A stretch of DNA of 64,000 nt from a virus. The stretch is from the IMG/VR virus record IMGVR_UViG_3300029448_000009, positions 1 through 64,000 of that record. One strand, written 5' to 3'. The notes under the pieces were generated by a model. That model was given only the letters and a program-made list of their open reading frames with translations, did not search any database and was not told where the DNA came from. Positions 8,067 through 18,597 of this stretch are shown one piece after another (positions within the stretch are counted from its first letter, which is position 1; each line of letters opens with the position of its first letter). The position numbers were made by a program, and so were the translations under genes.

Positions 8067-8917
8067 TATAAATTATATTTTTGTGTTAATTGTCTTTCTA
8101 CTTCTCTTATTTCTTTTTCAGGTAAAATTGCATTAAAAACTAGTATTTCATATACATGTAATCCATTTGCATGACCTTCAATTTGTATTAAATGATTAGA
8201 ATTAATATCAAAAGCATAAGTATGATCTTTAGATGCCCCATTAGTTATTTTGGGACTACCATTTTTTTTCATAACACTACTTCCACTAGCAGCTAATTTA
8301 ACTGTCCAAAGTTGAAGTACATTATTTGTAGTAGCTGTTCCACTATCTACTATAACAGTTCCACTTTTATCACTTTGATCTCCTATAAACATTTTAACGT
8401 TTTGATCACTATTTATTTGAAATATTAATGGATCTTGCCCAGTAACACCGTCTCCTGTTTTCATAGAAAATATAGCGGCTTGTCCTGAAGAATTTACTAA
8501 GTTAAATACTATAAATAAAGTTAAAGCATCTCCTTCTAATCTACTTTGTGATAATAAATTATTTCCTACATTGCCTACTGTTTCAGTAGCACTTAACTTA
8601 ACATCTGTACTTGCAAAAAGAGCATAAGGTAAATCTCCGCTTAATCTATATATAGGTCTGTTATCTGCAGTAGCTTGTTTTAAAGCTGTACCTAAAGCAG
8701 CGTTATCAGCTTTACCAAATCGTTTATCAAAAGCTTTATTTGAAACTGCATATATACCGTCATTATGATTTGCCTTAGTAGACATATCATCACTATATAC
8801 AGTTCTTTTATCTGTAAAGTCAATCCATAATACAGGTCCATTTTTTATTCTAGACATTTTTTTCTTCCTAAATTTAGGGGCGGTACTACTTGCTTGTTTA
8901 GAGATACTTAATCCCAT
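8066..8917 (-). CDS. LamG/concanavalin-like virion protein
   Basis: LWIDF..., LTLFIV and YEILVFNAIL...IREVERQL..KY are typical of phage LamG-like domains. Confidence 0.6.
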   Translation of the reverse strand: MGLSISKQASSTAPKFRKKKMSRIKNGPVLWIDFTDKRTVYSDDMSTKANHNDGIYAVSNKAFDKRFGKADNAALGTALKQATADNRPIYRLSGDLPYALFASTDVKLSATETVGNVGNNLLSQSRLEGDALTLFIVFNLVNSSGQAAIFSMKTGDGVTGQDPLIFQINSDQNVKMFIGDQSDKSGTVIVDSGTATTNNVLQLWTVKLAASGSSVMKKNGSPKITNGASKDHTYAFDINSNHLIQIEGHANGLHVYEILVFNAILPEKEIREVERQLTQKYNL

Positions 8918-8918
8918 A

Positions 8919-9239
8919 CTACGTTACAGTATTATTAGCAGTTGCAAAATATGCAATACATGCACCACTAGTAAGATCTATTACTGTAAAGTCACCATAT
9001 ATAGTTAAACCTTCAGCAAAAGTTTCACCAGTAATTGTATCACCGCTCCAGTTAGAAGCAGTAATTGCATTAAATACTGTATTCTCCATAAAAGTAATTG
9101 CATTCCATCCTCCAGCTGCAGTATGTGAATCTGTATCTGTAATTAAAAATGCTCCATTCTCTCCATGAGATTTTGCATCTGCAATTTTTATTGAATTAGT
9201 TACTTGTTCAAGTAACTGTTCTAATTCTGTTCTTGCCAT
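8919..9239 (-). CDS. Small virion protein
   Basis: GLTIYGDFTVIDLTSGACIAY beta-rich C-terminus; structural context. Confidence 0.5.
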   Translation of the reverse strand: MARTELEQLLEQVTNSIKIADAKSHGENGAFLITDTDSHTAAGGWNAITFMENTVFNAITASNWSGDTITGETFAEGLTIYGDFTVIDLTSGACIAYFATANNTVT

Positions 9240-9240
9240 A

Positions 9241-9654
9241 TTATATTATTATTTTTTGTAAGTTACTAACTTGTCTTGCTGTTACATCATTAGGAAGAGA
9301 ATCTTTTTTTACAATTTCTAAAGTAATAGGATCTGCATCTTTTTTAAGCATATCTTGTACTTTATCAAGTTGATTTTTTCTTTCTGCTATAAGAGTAGCA
9401 TTTGCATTCTCCATTTCTTTTACACTATCAGTATCTTGTGCTTCTTGAGCAGCTCTAATTTCACTTGCAAATTTTACAAATTCTTCAGTAGGTTTCCCTG
9501 CTTCTTCAATATGAGCTAAATGCCCTTGTAATGTAGAAATGTTATTTGATACTGTCAAAGCAAAATCTTTACCTTTAATATCTTGAGAAGAAAATAAACC
9601 ATTCATTAGATCTACTAATTCTCCATTTGTTGTTTTTAATTCTATTGTTGCCAT
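9241..9654 (-). CDS. Helical hypothetical protein (possible fibre chaperone)
   Basis: All-alpha composition; directly follows a fibre gene. Confidence 0.4.
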   Translation of the reverse strand: MATIELKTTNGELVDLMNGLFSSQDIKGKDFALTVSNNISTLQGHLAHIEEAGKPTEEFVKFASEIRAAQEAQDTDSVKEMENANATLIAERKNQLDKVQDMLKKDADPITLEIVKKDSLPNDVTARQVSNLQKIII

Positions 9655-9683
9655 ATAAATTTTAGTTTAGTTTAGTTTAATTA

Positions 9684-11282
9684 TTAACTTGTAGCAAATA
9701 CAGATAAGTTTGCAGCAACACCAGTTCCTGATGATGTGCATCTTGCTTCTGCTCGCCATTTTGACCCATTAAATGTAAATATTACATACGTACCAATGCC
9801 TGGGCCTGCATTAGTTAGTCCTATTAAGTTTAAAAAATCATCACCTGTTCCATCTGCAACATCTACTGTTTGTATTAAACCTACAGCTGATCCTGTTGAT
9901 CCGTCCATTCTATAACATGCAGATCCTCCCATTAACATTTCTGTTGATGTTCCATATTTATGTGTCTGCCCATTATTAATTCCAACTTGGTATTCTACAA
10001 TAATAGTATCCCCAACTGCTGAGTTTGCAATTGTAGGTAATGTTAATGTAACAGCATTCCCGTCTGCAGGTGATAAATTATGTGTATTTTTAACAAGTGC
10101 TGTACTAGCTCCATTAGCTATTTGAGATTTAGAAGATATAGTTGAGCCCATAACTCCAGTTGGATTTGCTACACCTGCTGTAAAACTTGCATTTTGATAC
10201 AAATCAATTGACATAGCTTCAGTAGCTGTTCCTCCTGCTGTTTCAGTTTTTAATATAATTTTTCCAGGCGTACCTGATGCTGCATCTCCTGCAGTTAATG
10301 TAATATTTCCTCCATCACCACTTCCAGCTCCTGCCCCTGCTGTTAAATTTATATCACCGCCATCTCCATTAGTATGTCCATTTGCACCTGTTAAAATTGC
10401 ATCCATAGCATTTCCACTAGTTGTTCTATCCATCCATTTTAATCCTCCACCTTTACCGTAAGTACCACTTGTGTTACCAAATTGAATACCATTTGCTAAA
10501 CCTTCAGTTATTATGTTTAGTGCTGCACCTCCTGCAAATACTGTAGGAGTATCATCCCCAATATATACTTTACCGTCTGCATCTACATGCACACCTTCTG
10601 CTGATCCATTTCCACTTAAAAAACTATTTCCTGCAGCATCATCTAAATTAATATGATATGCATTACAATCTAAATGTCCTGTTAAGTTATTTGTTGAAGC
10701 TATTTCTAGATTAATATTACCTGGTGTAGCAGATGAATTTACCGTTATAGATCCACCTGTACTTGTAATTGCTCCTACACTAGGATACCCATTACTACTA
10801 TTACCAACTAATATATTACCATTTGCAGTTAAAGCCGCTTCTGCAATTGCATTTGTATTACTTCCATACAATACAGAGCCTTTTGTAATACCTGCTATAC
10901 CAGTACCTCCTCGTAATGGTGTTAATGTACCTGAAACTGTTCCGTCTAAATCTACAGAAGATAAAAAGCCTGATGTAGTATTATCACAGTTATTTAAATC
11001 TATTCCTGATTCTACTAATGTTAAGACTAAATTATTGCTAGCAGTTGTAACAGTTAATTTTGTAGCGTCAGCAGATTTTAAACCTTTTAAGTTTATTTGA
11101 TTGCTATTTGTAACATTTACGAATAAAGCTTCACTGCTTGTTCCTAAAGTTGTTAACGAAGGAAATAAAGTTTGCGCTTGTAATTTTTTTGCTTTTTTTG
11201 TACTACTGTTAGCTACTAAAACATAGTCTGTAGATACTACACTTGCTTTTGCTAACGTTGTTAATGATGTTATTTCTGCCAT
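9684..11282 (-). CDS. Tail fibre protein
   Basis: GTLTPLRGGTG and repeated GDGGDINLTAG/GDGGNITLTAG glycine-rich fibre motifs. Confidence 0.7.
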   Translation of the reverse strand: MAEITSLTTLAKASVVSTDYVLVANSSTKKAKKLQAQTLFPSLTTLGTSSEALFVNVTNSNQINLKGLKSADATKLTVTTASNNLVLTLVESGIDLNNCDNTTSGFLSSVDLDGTVSGTLTPLRGGTGIAGITKGSVLYGSNTNAIAEAALTANGNILVGNSSNGYPSVGAITSTGGSITVNSSATPGNINLEIASTNNLTGHLDCNAYHINLDDAAGNSFLSGNGSAEGVHVDADGKVYIGDDTPTVFAGGAALNIITEGLANGIQFGNTSGTYGKGGGLKWMDRTTSGNAMDAILTGANGHTNGDGGDINLTAGAGAGSGDGGNITLTAGDAASGTPGKIILKTETAGGTATEAMSIDLYQNASFTAGVANPTGVMGSTISSKSQIANGASTALVKNTHNLSPADGNAVTLTLPTIANSAVGDTIIVEYQVGINNGQTHKYGTSTEMLMGGSACYRMDGSTGSAVGLIQTVDVADGTGDDFLNLIGLTNAGPGIGTYVIFTFNGSKWRAEARCTSSGTGVAANLSVFATS

Positions 11283-11306
11283 ATTGTTTTATTTTATTTT
11301 GTTTGA

Positions 11307-14300
11307 TTAAGGTCCTTCGTCAGTTATTGTTACATCATCACCGTCTACTTCTAAATTAATTCCTCCTACTTGAATGCCATTATCTACTATGTTGTAAGTA
11401 TATGGCTCGGTTGTGTTAACATTACTTCCAATAACACTATTACTATTTCCTACTAAATATGAACAAGGACTACATGATTTACAGTACTCACTTGCAAATT
11501 TATAAAATTTATCTAAATAATTTGTATTTTCTGTTATAATTTTTGGATCTATGCATATATCAAAGTTGCTAAATCCTGTTCCATAAGGATTACCACAATT
11601 TGATCCACAATTATTATTTACCTTATGAATAGTATTAGGAGCTTGATCTCCTAACCAAGGAAACTGTGTTGTCATTTTTATATATGCATTAGTTCCATAA
11701 GATCCATTTCCTTGTCCTGTATTATTAGTTTGTGTCCATTCTATACTACCACCTTCTTTCCAAATGTCTTCACATGTTTTCTTTTCAGGATAATTTGGAG
11801 TTGCTGAATCTGCACAATTGTGTATACAATCTAATCCATTTTTAGATACTAAGTATTTTATAAAAGACATTATCATTATATTTCTATCTTCACAATTATC
11901 TTTAGATCCTCCTAACAATCTTGTATACCAATTACCTACTCCATTATATGTGCAATCGGTTAAATATTTTTCTTTTTGTGTTTTATTTAAAGGTAAACAT
12001 TCAGGTTGATTTGCACTAAATGTACACATACCAAACACTTCAGGTTGATCTAACATAAGTTGATTAACATAAAAATCACCTGCCTGAGCGGGAGTATTAC
12101 TTGTTCCTTGTTGAATAAGATATACTAAATTTATTGATCCTATTCCAGCTCCTGTATAATTAGATGCATATTTATCTACACAACCAATAACGTCATTAGC
12201 TAAATAACTCTCGATTCCATTAACATCATAATATTGTATAGACGGGTCATTACTATTTAGACTGTAACCAAATGAAACAGTCGTAGCTCCTGAATTATCA
12301 TTAATTATTTGCCCTTGTGAATTATAATTATAACAAAATTTTCCATCTCCAGCAGGAATTACCATTTCAATTATATAATATCCATATCCTCCTGTTCCAT
12401 ATTCTAAAGGTTGAACCATATTCCAAGCTATAGAGTTACCACTAGGATTTACACTACCATCTGCATTCCAAGTTCCAAATAAAGGATTATTATAATTTGG
12501 TGAATCTAATCCTGTAACTTTTCCATAGCCGTCAGGTGTTATATCCATTTTTTCTTTTATTGGGAATTGGTAATCATTTATAGAATTTCCATTAATAGTC
12601 CCAGCTCCCATTGGAAGTTTATATATATTTATTTCTACTCCTGGAGGAAGATAATTTACATAACCCCCAATTACTGTAAAAGTACTCCATGTAAAAATTA
12701 AATCTCCAGTTGAATATATATCAAATGTTCCTGCTTGTATTGCAGAAGTTAAATCACTTCCTGATAATGCCCCGTCAAATGTTAAAAGTCCTAAATTAGA
12801 ATATCCGCCACCAGTATCCCCAAATACAGGACAAGTATCACAAGATTCATTATCTGCAATTGTAGCTAGTGGATTGTAGTTTAAAGCTAAAGAATTTGTA
12901 CATCCTAAAATTCCATACACACATTGACCATTGTCTATATTAGCATCAGGATTATAATTTGCTGCTGACATATCTGTACAACCTAAAAGTACAGGTATAC
13001 ATGATCCATTATCCCATTCTGCATCACAATTATAATTAGCAGCTGTTTGATCTGTACATCCACCCATTGCAGCAGTTTCTTGCATTATTAACATTCTAGA
13101 TGTAGCAGAAATATTTCTATTACAGTCTGTTTCTGTTATATGCATTGCTCCTCTTTGTGTACATTTAGTTTGAGTATTTTCTACCATTACTTCTACATAA
13201 TCTCCTTCAGATGCTAAGTGCGGACCAAACCCTTGTTTTCTTTCTCCCCCAATTACCCAATTAATTACATCATAAGAACCTCTACCGATACTTAAGCTTT
13301 TTACACAAGCTTGATTTGTATCATTAGAAATAATATTTACACTATCTTCACTGCAATTATATTTACAAATATTTTGTGTATGATATGTAGCATTAGGATC
13401 ATAATTATTTGCATTACGATCTGTACAACCTCCATATCCTATTTGAAATCTATGAACACTTTTACAATTAGCAACATTAGGAACTTCTTCTACATATGCT
13501 TCGATAGCATACCATCCTGGAGCTAAACCTGCAAAAGTATATTGAAAATTTGCATCTACTGCTACAGTAGAAGTAGCTGTTAAAGCTAAAATTTCTGCCT
13601 TAGTTTTATTATTTGCATTTTCCCCACTTCCTAATGTATGTAACTTTAACTTATAAGCCTCATTAGCATCTGATGCTATATGATCTGCTAAAGGAGGAAA
13701 TAACTCTCCCGAAAATTGTATAGATCCTGATGTACCACCGCTACCTGTAGCATGACTAACTACAGATCCACTGTTAGCTACAAAATCCACACCTACTGCT
13801 CTATCGTGCCCGTTATCATCATCTCCATATGTTAAACCATTGTATGGATTGCCATAAGCATCATTTGTTACACAGAAAAAACAAGTAGCATCTTTATTAA
13901 GAACATAACCAGTATTATCATAATTTGCAGCTGAGTTATCTGTACAAACTCCAGATGTTATCTCTTCTTGATTTATTTTAGTTTGAAGACTTATATGAAC
14001 AGTTTTTACACAACTAGTAGCATCAGTTACTGTAACTAAATACGGTTTAGTATTAGAATCTTGTCTAATTAAACTTGTAAATGAATGTGTAGTACCTGAT
14101 TTAGCTCCAGATGAAACTTCTGTTCCTGCACCTGTGGCTCCAAATTTAGTTAATACATATGTATAATTAGCTGTACCTCCAGTTACTGTTACTAAAATAG
14201 AACCGTTAGTATTTGCAGCATCACGTTGTTCAGGACTTGTATTTTCTACTGTTATAGAAAAATCATCACATCCAGAATTACAACAATGCCCATCTACAAA

Positions 14301-15248
14301 TCTTTTATTTGTATAAGGTGTTCCTATAGTATCACTATCACAATCTTCTCCAGATGTTAGGAAAAAAGAAGGATTACCTGGTTCCATACATACTTGATAT
14401 TCTTGTGCATCATCTGCTATAAAATATAAATTAGATGCGTATGTAAAACCATAAGTAAATGGTGCTGTATTTAAATTATTTAAAACATCTTGATTTGTAC
14501 CTAAATTTGTATTTGTTGTAAGTAGATTTACAAAATGTATTTCTTGTTCATTTCTACCAGAATATAAATGTCCTACACCTCGATTAGATATTCCATTATC
14601 TACATCGTTATTAGTTGAAGTAACACCTTGTTCTACAAAAATCTCATTTAAATAAGATGAGTTTATATAATATGCAAAAGGTAAGTTTAGTTGATATGTT
14701 CCTGTATAATTGTATACATCGTATGGATCTTGTTTTGGATATACTGCTCCTACAATAGAATTAATACTTCGTTTGTCATTAGAAAAATCTAAAGACATCA
14801 TATTTTCATAAGGTGAAGTTGTAAACGATGCAATAGTATTTTCTACATCATCATTTAGTTTAGAAGCCAGTCCTGGTACTTTTAAAACAATTGTTTTTTT
14901 AAACCCAGAAACAAACTGTAACGTTAAAGTTTTACTAGACGCTTGTCTTTTTGTCCAGTTTTTATAAGTAATAAGTATTTTACCATCACTTTCATAATCA
15001 AAATCTATACCAGAAATATAATCATGATCTACTACTGTTGCTACACGATCATACTCATAACGCATATTAGATCTAATATCAATTTTTAAATGATTATTAG
15101 ATTGCAAATACGCAACTCCTTGTACAAATTTAGGAGAAGTATTTGTGTATGCGGTTATAGGAGTTGACCCATTACCAAATACAGACTTGCCATCAAAACT
15201 AGAAAATCTGTCGTCAATAGTTGAAGTATACTTAGTTGTTTTTGCCAT
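11307..15248 (-). CDS. Large Cys-rich virion/tail protein with SprB-like and GCTDxxAxNY repeats
   Basis: NGSILVTVTGGTANYTY...VTVTDATSC (SprB-like) and about six GCT(D/N)xxAxNY repeats; no signal peptide. Confidence 0.6.
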   Translation of the reverse strand: MAKTTKYTSTIDDRFSSFDGKSVFGNGSTPITAYTNTSPKFVQGVAYLQSNNHLKIDIRSNMRYEYDRVATVVDHDYISGIDFDYESDGKILITYKNWTKRQASSKTLTLQFVSGFKKTIVLKVPGLASKLNDDVENTIASFTTSPYENMMSLDFSNDKRSINSIVGAVYPKQDPYDVYNYTGTYQLNLPFAYYINSSYLNEIFVEQGVTSTNNDVDNGISNRGVGHLYSGRNEQEIHFVNLLTTNTNLGTNQDVLNNLNTAPFTYGFTYASNLYFIADDAQEYQVCMEPGNPSFFLTSGEDCDSDTIGTPYTNKRFVDGHCCNSGCDDFSITVENTSPEQRDAANTNGSILVTVTGGTANYTYVLTKFGATGAGTEVSSGAKSGTTHSFTSLIRQDSNTKPYLVTVTDATSCVKTVHISLQTKINQEEITSGVCTDNSAANYDNTGYVLNKDATCFFCVTNDAYGNPYNGLTYGDDDNGHDRAVGVDFVANSGSVVSHATGSGGTSGSIQFSGELFPPLADHIASDANEAYKLKLHTLGSGENANNKTKAEILALTATSTVAVDANFQYTFAGLAPGWYAIEAYVEEVPNVANCKSVHRFQIGYGGCTDRNANNYDPNATYHTQNICKYNCSEDSVNIISNDTNQACVKSLSIGRGSYDVINWVIGGERKQGFGPHLASEGDYVEVMVENTQTKCTQRGAMHITETDCNRNISATSRMLIMQETAAMGGCTDQTAANYNCDAEWDNGSCIPVLLGCTDMSAANYNPDANIDNGQCVYGILGCTNSLALNYNPLATIADNESCDTCPVFGDTGGGYSNLGLLTFDGALSGSDLTSAIQAGTFDIYSTGDLIFTWSTFTVIGGYVNYLPPGVEINIYKLPMGAGTINGNSINDYQFPIKEKMDITPDGYGKVTGLDSPNYNNPLFGTWNADGSVNPSGNSIAWNMVQPLEYGTGGYGYYIIEMVIPAGDGKFCYNYNSQGQIINDNSGATTVSFGYSLNSNDPSIQYYDVNGIESYLANDVIGCVDKYASNYTGAGIGSINLVYLIQQGTSNTPAQAGDFYVNQLMLDQPEVFGMCTFSANQPECLPLNKTQKEKYLTDCTYNGVGNWYTRLLGGSKDNCEDRNIMIMSFIKYLVSKNGLDCIHNCADSATPNYPEKKTCEDIWKEGGSIEWTQTNNTGQGNGSYGTNAYIKMTTQFPWLGDQAPNTIHKVNNNCGSNCGNPYGTGFSNFDICIDPKIITENTNYLDKFYKFASEYCKSCSPCSYLVGNSNSVIGSNVNTTEPYTYNIVDNGIQVGGINLEVDGDDVTITDEGP

Positions 15249-15250
15249 AA

Positions 15251-15775
15251 TTAACAGTTACACCCACAAAAAGATGTACATTGGGTTTTGGCTGAATTAT
15301 AAGCATCTACAGCTTTTTGAATAACACCAGATGCTATACTTGCGTCTGATGGTATATTAGCTAAAAGTGTATTAATTGACTGTATTAACAAAAACAATCT
15401 TTGAGCTTCCATTAAAGTTTTATCACATTGAGGTTCTCCACAGTTACACTCTGTTAATTCTAAAGTTTTATCTGCTAAACAACAATCTAAAAAACAAGAA
15501 CTTAATGCTCCTGCATTTACAATTTGTCCTTCAAAATCTGTAATAACTGCTGTTATAACACCTGGATCTTCTCCAATTATTTCTGGAATGCTATACACAA
15601 AATTTTGTGGAATAGGTATTTCTCCGTCTGCAGACAATAGAATACTTATACTATATGTTGCAACTACTGAGCCGTTATTAGAAATAACTAATGTTGCTGG
15701 TCCTGGATTACTACCGCTGTATTGTCCTTGTAAAAATCTACAGTCATCTGTTGTAGACATACTTAAATTCACCAT
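15251..15775 (-). CDS. Cys-rich hypothetical virion protein
   Basis: CFLDCC, CNCGEPQC and terminal CTSFCGCNC. Confidence 0.5.
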   Translation of the reverse strand: MVNLSMSTTDDCRFLQGQYSGSNPGPATLVISNNGSVVATYSISILLSADGEIPIPQNFVYSIPEIIGEDPGVITAVITDFEGQIVNAGALSSCFLDCCLADKTLELTECNCGEPQCDKTLMEAQRLFLLIQSINTLLANIPSDASIASGVIQKAVDAYNSAKTQCTSFCGCNC

Positions 15776-15794
15776 ATTATTAAATGTGTGTTAA

Positions 15795-15830
15795 ATAGAT
15801 ATAGGGGACCCGTAGGCCCCCTTAATCTAT
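15795..15830 (-). terminator. Intrinsic terminator-like hairpin after the capsid operon
   Basis: Minus-strand GGGGGCC-UACG-GGUCCCC stem with a cUACGg tetraloop, extended by AUAGAU/AUCUAU. Confidence 0.7.
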
Positions 15831-15845
15831 ATTGTTATTAAAAGA

Positions 15846-16349
15846 TTATGCTAAATCTCCAGTTGCAAAATATTTTGCAAAGAAAGTTACTTTACCTGCT
15901 GTCCAAGTGTTACCTGCTAAAGTAAGAACAAGTTCTTCACCTGATGCGTCAGCGTGGTAAGATCCCACACGTCTAAGCACTGCTTCTTCTTCTTTTGTAT
16001 CCGTAGCTGCCTCATTACCTTCTGGTGTAAGTTCAGACATATCTTCTGCCCAATGATGACCAGCTAAACCTACAATTGTCATTGCTCTAGCTTCGTTTAC
16101 ATTATTTACGCCTGAATCACCAGACCATCCTAATAACCATGTACCAGCTGATGAACCACCACCTGTACAAGCTGTGGTTACAAACCACGATACTTCTGTT
16201 ACTATTGCGCCATGAGGTATTTTACATCCTGTGTAAATTACATCATCAGCGGCTCTCGCACCAAGAGTTCCTATATCAACTGTGCCCATAGCACATCTTG
16301 CGTTGGTAAGATCATTTCCTGGTATTTTTGCTGCATATACTGTTGCCAT
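15846..16349 (-). CDS. Head decoration / minor capsid protein
   Basis: IPHGAIVTEV...TAGKVTF beta-sandwich pattern; last gene before the hairpin closing the capsid operon. Confidence 0.5.
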   Translation of the reverse strand: MATVYAAKIPGNDLTNARCAMGTVDIGTLGARAADDVIYTGCKIPHGAIVTEVSWFVTTACTGGGSSAGTWLLGWSGDSGVNNVNEARAMTIVGLAGHHWAEDMSELTPEGNEAATDTKEEEAVLRRVGSYHADASGEELVLTLAGNTWTAGKVTFFAKYFATGDLA

Positions 16350-16376
16350 TTTATTTTATTTTAAAAAGTTAATATT

Positions 16377-17318
16377 TTATAGATTAATTGCTGAAAAACC
16401 TGCAGAGTTTAAATAAGGATTTATTTTATCCTCAAAATCTGCAACATCTGTAGCATCTGTATTATCCAACGCTATATAAATTTCCATTAAATTATCTACT
16501 CCTTTTATTTGTGGAGAAGTACTCCCATCTTTTGTTGCTACAACTGTGTACATATTGTATGTAGCTGCAACATCTGTTTTATTAGCTGGAGTGTTAGGAA
16601 GTTTAAGTCTGTTGTAGTATCCATAAGTAGATCCCATTAAAGAATCTTCTAATTTCTTTACATCATAACCATCACCTGTTCCTTGTACAGCGTCTATTAC
16701 ATCACTTGCATCTGTATATGTTGAATCTGCAACTGCTGAAGATTCTGTTATGATAACATCAAATACAGCGGATCCTTCATCCCAAATAGCACCACTTTGT
16801 GCAACATCACCATTTTTAGCACCAACAAAAGTTACTGCATTACTAGATACTGTAGCTAAAGGATTTAACCAATCTGGTATGTTTGTTAATGCTTCAAAAG
16901 CATCGTGAATACCAGTTGCTTGATCGTTTTGAGCTTGGCTATTAGGTACAGAATACATAAAAGTAAAAAACTCTTGTGGTTGTCTGTCTTTTCTAATAAA
17001 CTTTATTTCTAACTCACCTGTACTAGCTGAAGTAGTTGTTGCAGTAACAGATCCTGTAGAAGCTACGGGAGCATTATAAGCTTTACCATCCCATACCATT
17101 ACATTTCTTCCTGCAATCCATGGGGATACAATGTTTTCTGCTGCTGTTCCTTGTACAAATCTTATTTCAGCAGCATTAGAGATTAAGTCTCCTGGTACTA
17201 ATGAAGTAATTTCGCCATTACTATCTTTTTTTTGTATGTCTATCGCACCATTTGCAAGTAACCCACTTGAATAGGATACATCTACAGTTGCGTGCGGACT
17301 AACGAATAATTGTCTCAT
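16377..17318 (-). CDS. Auxiliary capsid protein (crAss-like)
   Basis: Size and position after the ring gene match the crAss capsid module; GTG..V..LE...G..GY motif. Confidence 0.55.
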   Translation of the reverse strand: MRQLFVSPHATVDVSYSSGLLANGAIDIQKKDSNGEITSLVPGDLISNAAEIRFVQGTAAENIVSPWIAGRNVMVWDGKAYNAPVASTGSVTATTTSASTGELEIKFIRKDRQPQEFFTFMYSVPNSQAQNDQATGIHDAFEALTNIPDWLNPLATVSSNAVTFVGAKNGDVAQSGAIWDEGSAVFDVIITESSAVADSTYTDASDVIDAVQGTGDGYDVKKLEDSLMGSTYGYYNRLKLPNTPANKTDVAATYNMYTVVATKDGSTSPQIKGVDNLMEIYIALDNTDATDVADFEDKINPYLNSAGFSAINL

Positions 17319-17352
17319 GTCAAATTATTTTAAATTATTACTAAATATTTAT

Positions 17353-18597
17353 TTATTCCATACTTTGCACTTCACCTGCGTGAGTTGCATATCTTGGATC
17401 GGAAATAGCTTCCAAGATACTCGCTACTGCAAGTCTTACAACTTCTTCATGAGTATGATCTGGAAGATCACAACTCAATCCCGTTTGTAAATTAACTACA
17501 GCAGGTTGTCTTATATATGTTAATCTGATTTTATCTGTTATAAATACATCATCAGTGTAAACATCTATGTGGTTTCCTCTCATTACAGTGAGGGGAGAAC
17601 TGTATTTTGTTTTATTAAAAGGATCCCCAATCATTGAATGTATATCATCATGTTGTACCATTCTACAAGAGTATTTCTCTTTTAAATACGATCCCCAAGT
17701 ATTACTTGTTGGGATTCGTTTTTGGTTTAATACATCACCTTTAAATAATAAAGGTGTTTGTACTGTTATAAAATTATCGCTGTTAAATCCAGCTAAATAA
17801 GTTATGTCTCCTAAAGATCCATCAAAATTTAACCATGGATAAGCTTCAATATCTACAACAGCTATAAAACTATTTGGGTAACTTATTTGTGACCCACCTA
17901 TTGGCCAGTTTTCCCAAAATATTTCTCCAAGTTGCCATTCATCTAAAATACACTGTACTAGGCCTGAAGATAAATTTTGATTATCAGGTTGTTCATTAAA
18001 TCCTGTTCCAGTGCTTGGAAAAACAGTTGGTTCATTTTCTGTTGTCCAATCTGATGTGCCCCATTCCCAAGCTGGTTCCATAACACTTGTTGTTGGATCG
18101 GATACATCAGCAAACATTTGTATCTGACTTATCCACTCTGTACTATCATTAAATTGATTTTGTCCTACAAAATCATTTAAACTAAATATAAAATAATATA
18201 CAGGATCTTGATCTGTTATATTATATCCTATTGGTGTACATGTAGGTAATCTTTTAATTTCCGTATTAATATTAATTAAATACATGTAATCACTAGGTAA
18301 AAACACAGTATCTGTAAACAAAGCACCGCCTGGGTGACTTGCTGTTTGTAACTGTTCTTTAAAAGAAGTCTCAAGAATTGTTTCTCTTACTAAAGTTCTT
18401 AGATCATCTCTTCGTTTTTGAGACTCTTCAAATCCTTTAAAATACTTATTACCTTTTTGGAAACGCGTTGTAACAAATTTTTGGATAGCCTTATTAAGCT
18501 CTCTATCTAATTCACTTGTTAAAATTGTGTCAGCAACTTGGGCGTGAATTTTGTCCACGCCCTGCATTACTGATAAGTGCATTTCTTGTATATTCAT
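17353..18597 (-). CDS. Tail ring / head-tail connector protein (crAss gene 74/73-like) with insertion
   Basis: GFEESQKRRDDLRTLV N-terminal motif and YIRQP...CDLPDHTHEEVV C-terminal motif. Confidence 0.7.
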   Translation of the reverse strand: MNIQEMHLSVMQGVDKIHAQVADTILTSELDRELNKAIQKFVTTRFQKGNKYFKGFEESQKRRDDLRTLVRETILETSFKEQLQTASHPGGALFTDTVFLPSDYMYLININTEIKRLPTCTPIGYNITDQDPVYYFIFSLNDFVGQNQFNDSTEWISQIQMFADVSDPTTSVMEPAWEWGTSDWTTENEPTVFPSTGTGFNEQPDNQNLSSGLVQCILDEWQLGEIFWENWPIGGSQISYPNSFIAVVDIEAYPWLNFDGSLGDITYLAGFNSDNFITVQTPLLFKGDVLNQKRIPTSNTWGSYLKEKYSCRMVQHDDIHSMIGDPFNKTKYSSPLTVMRGNHIDVYTDDVFITDKIRLTYIRQPAVVNLQTGLSCDLPDHTHEEVVRLAVASILEAISDPRYATHAGEVQSME

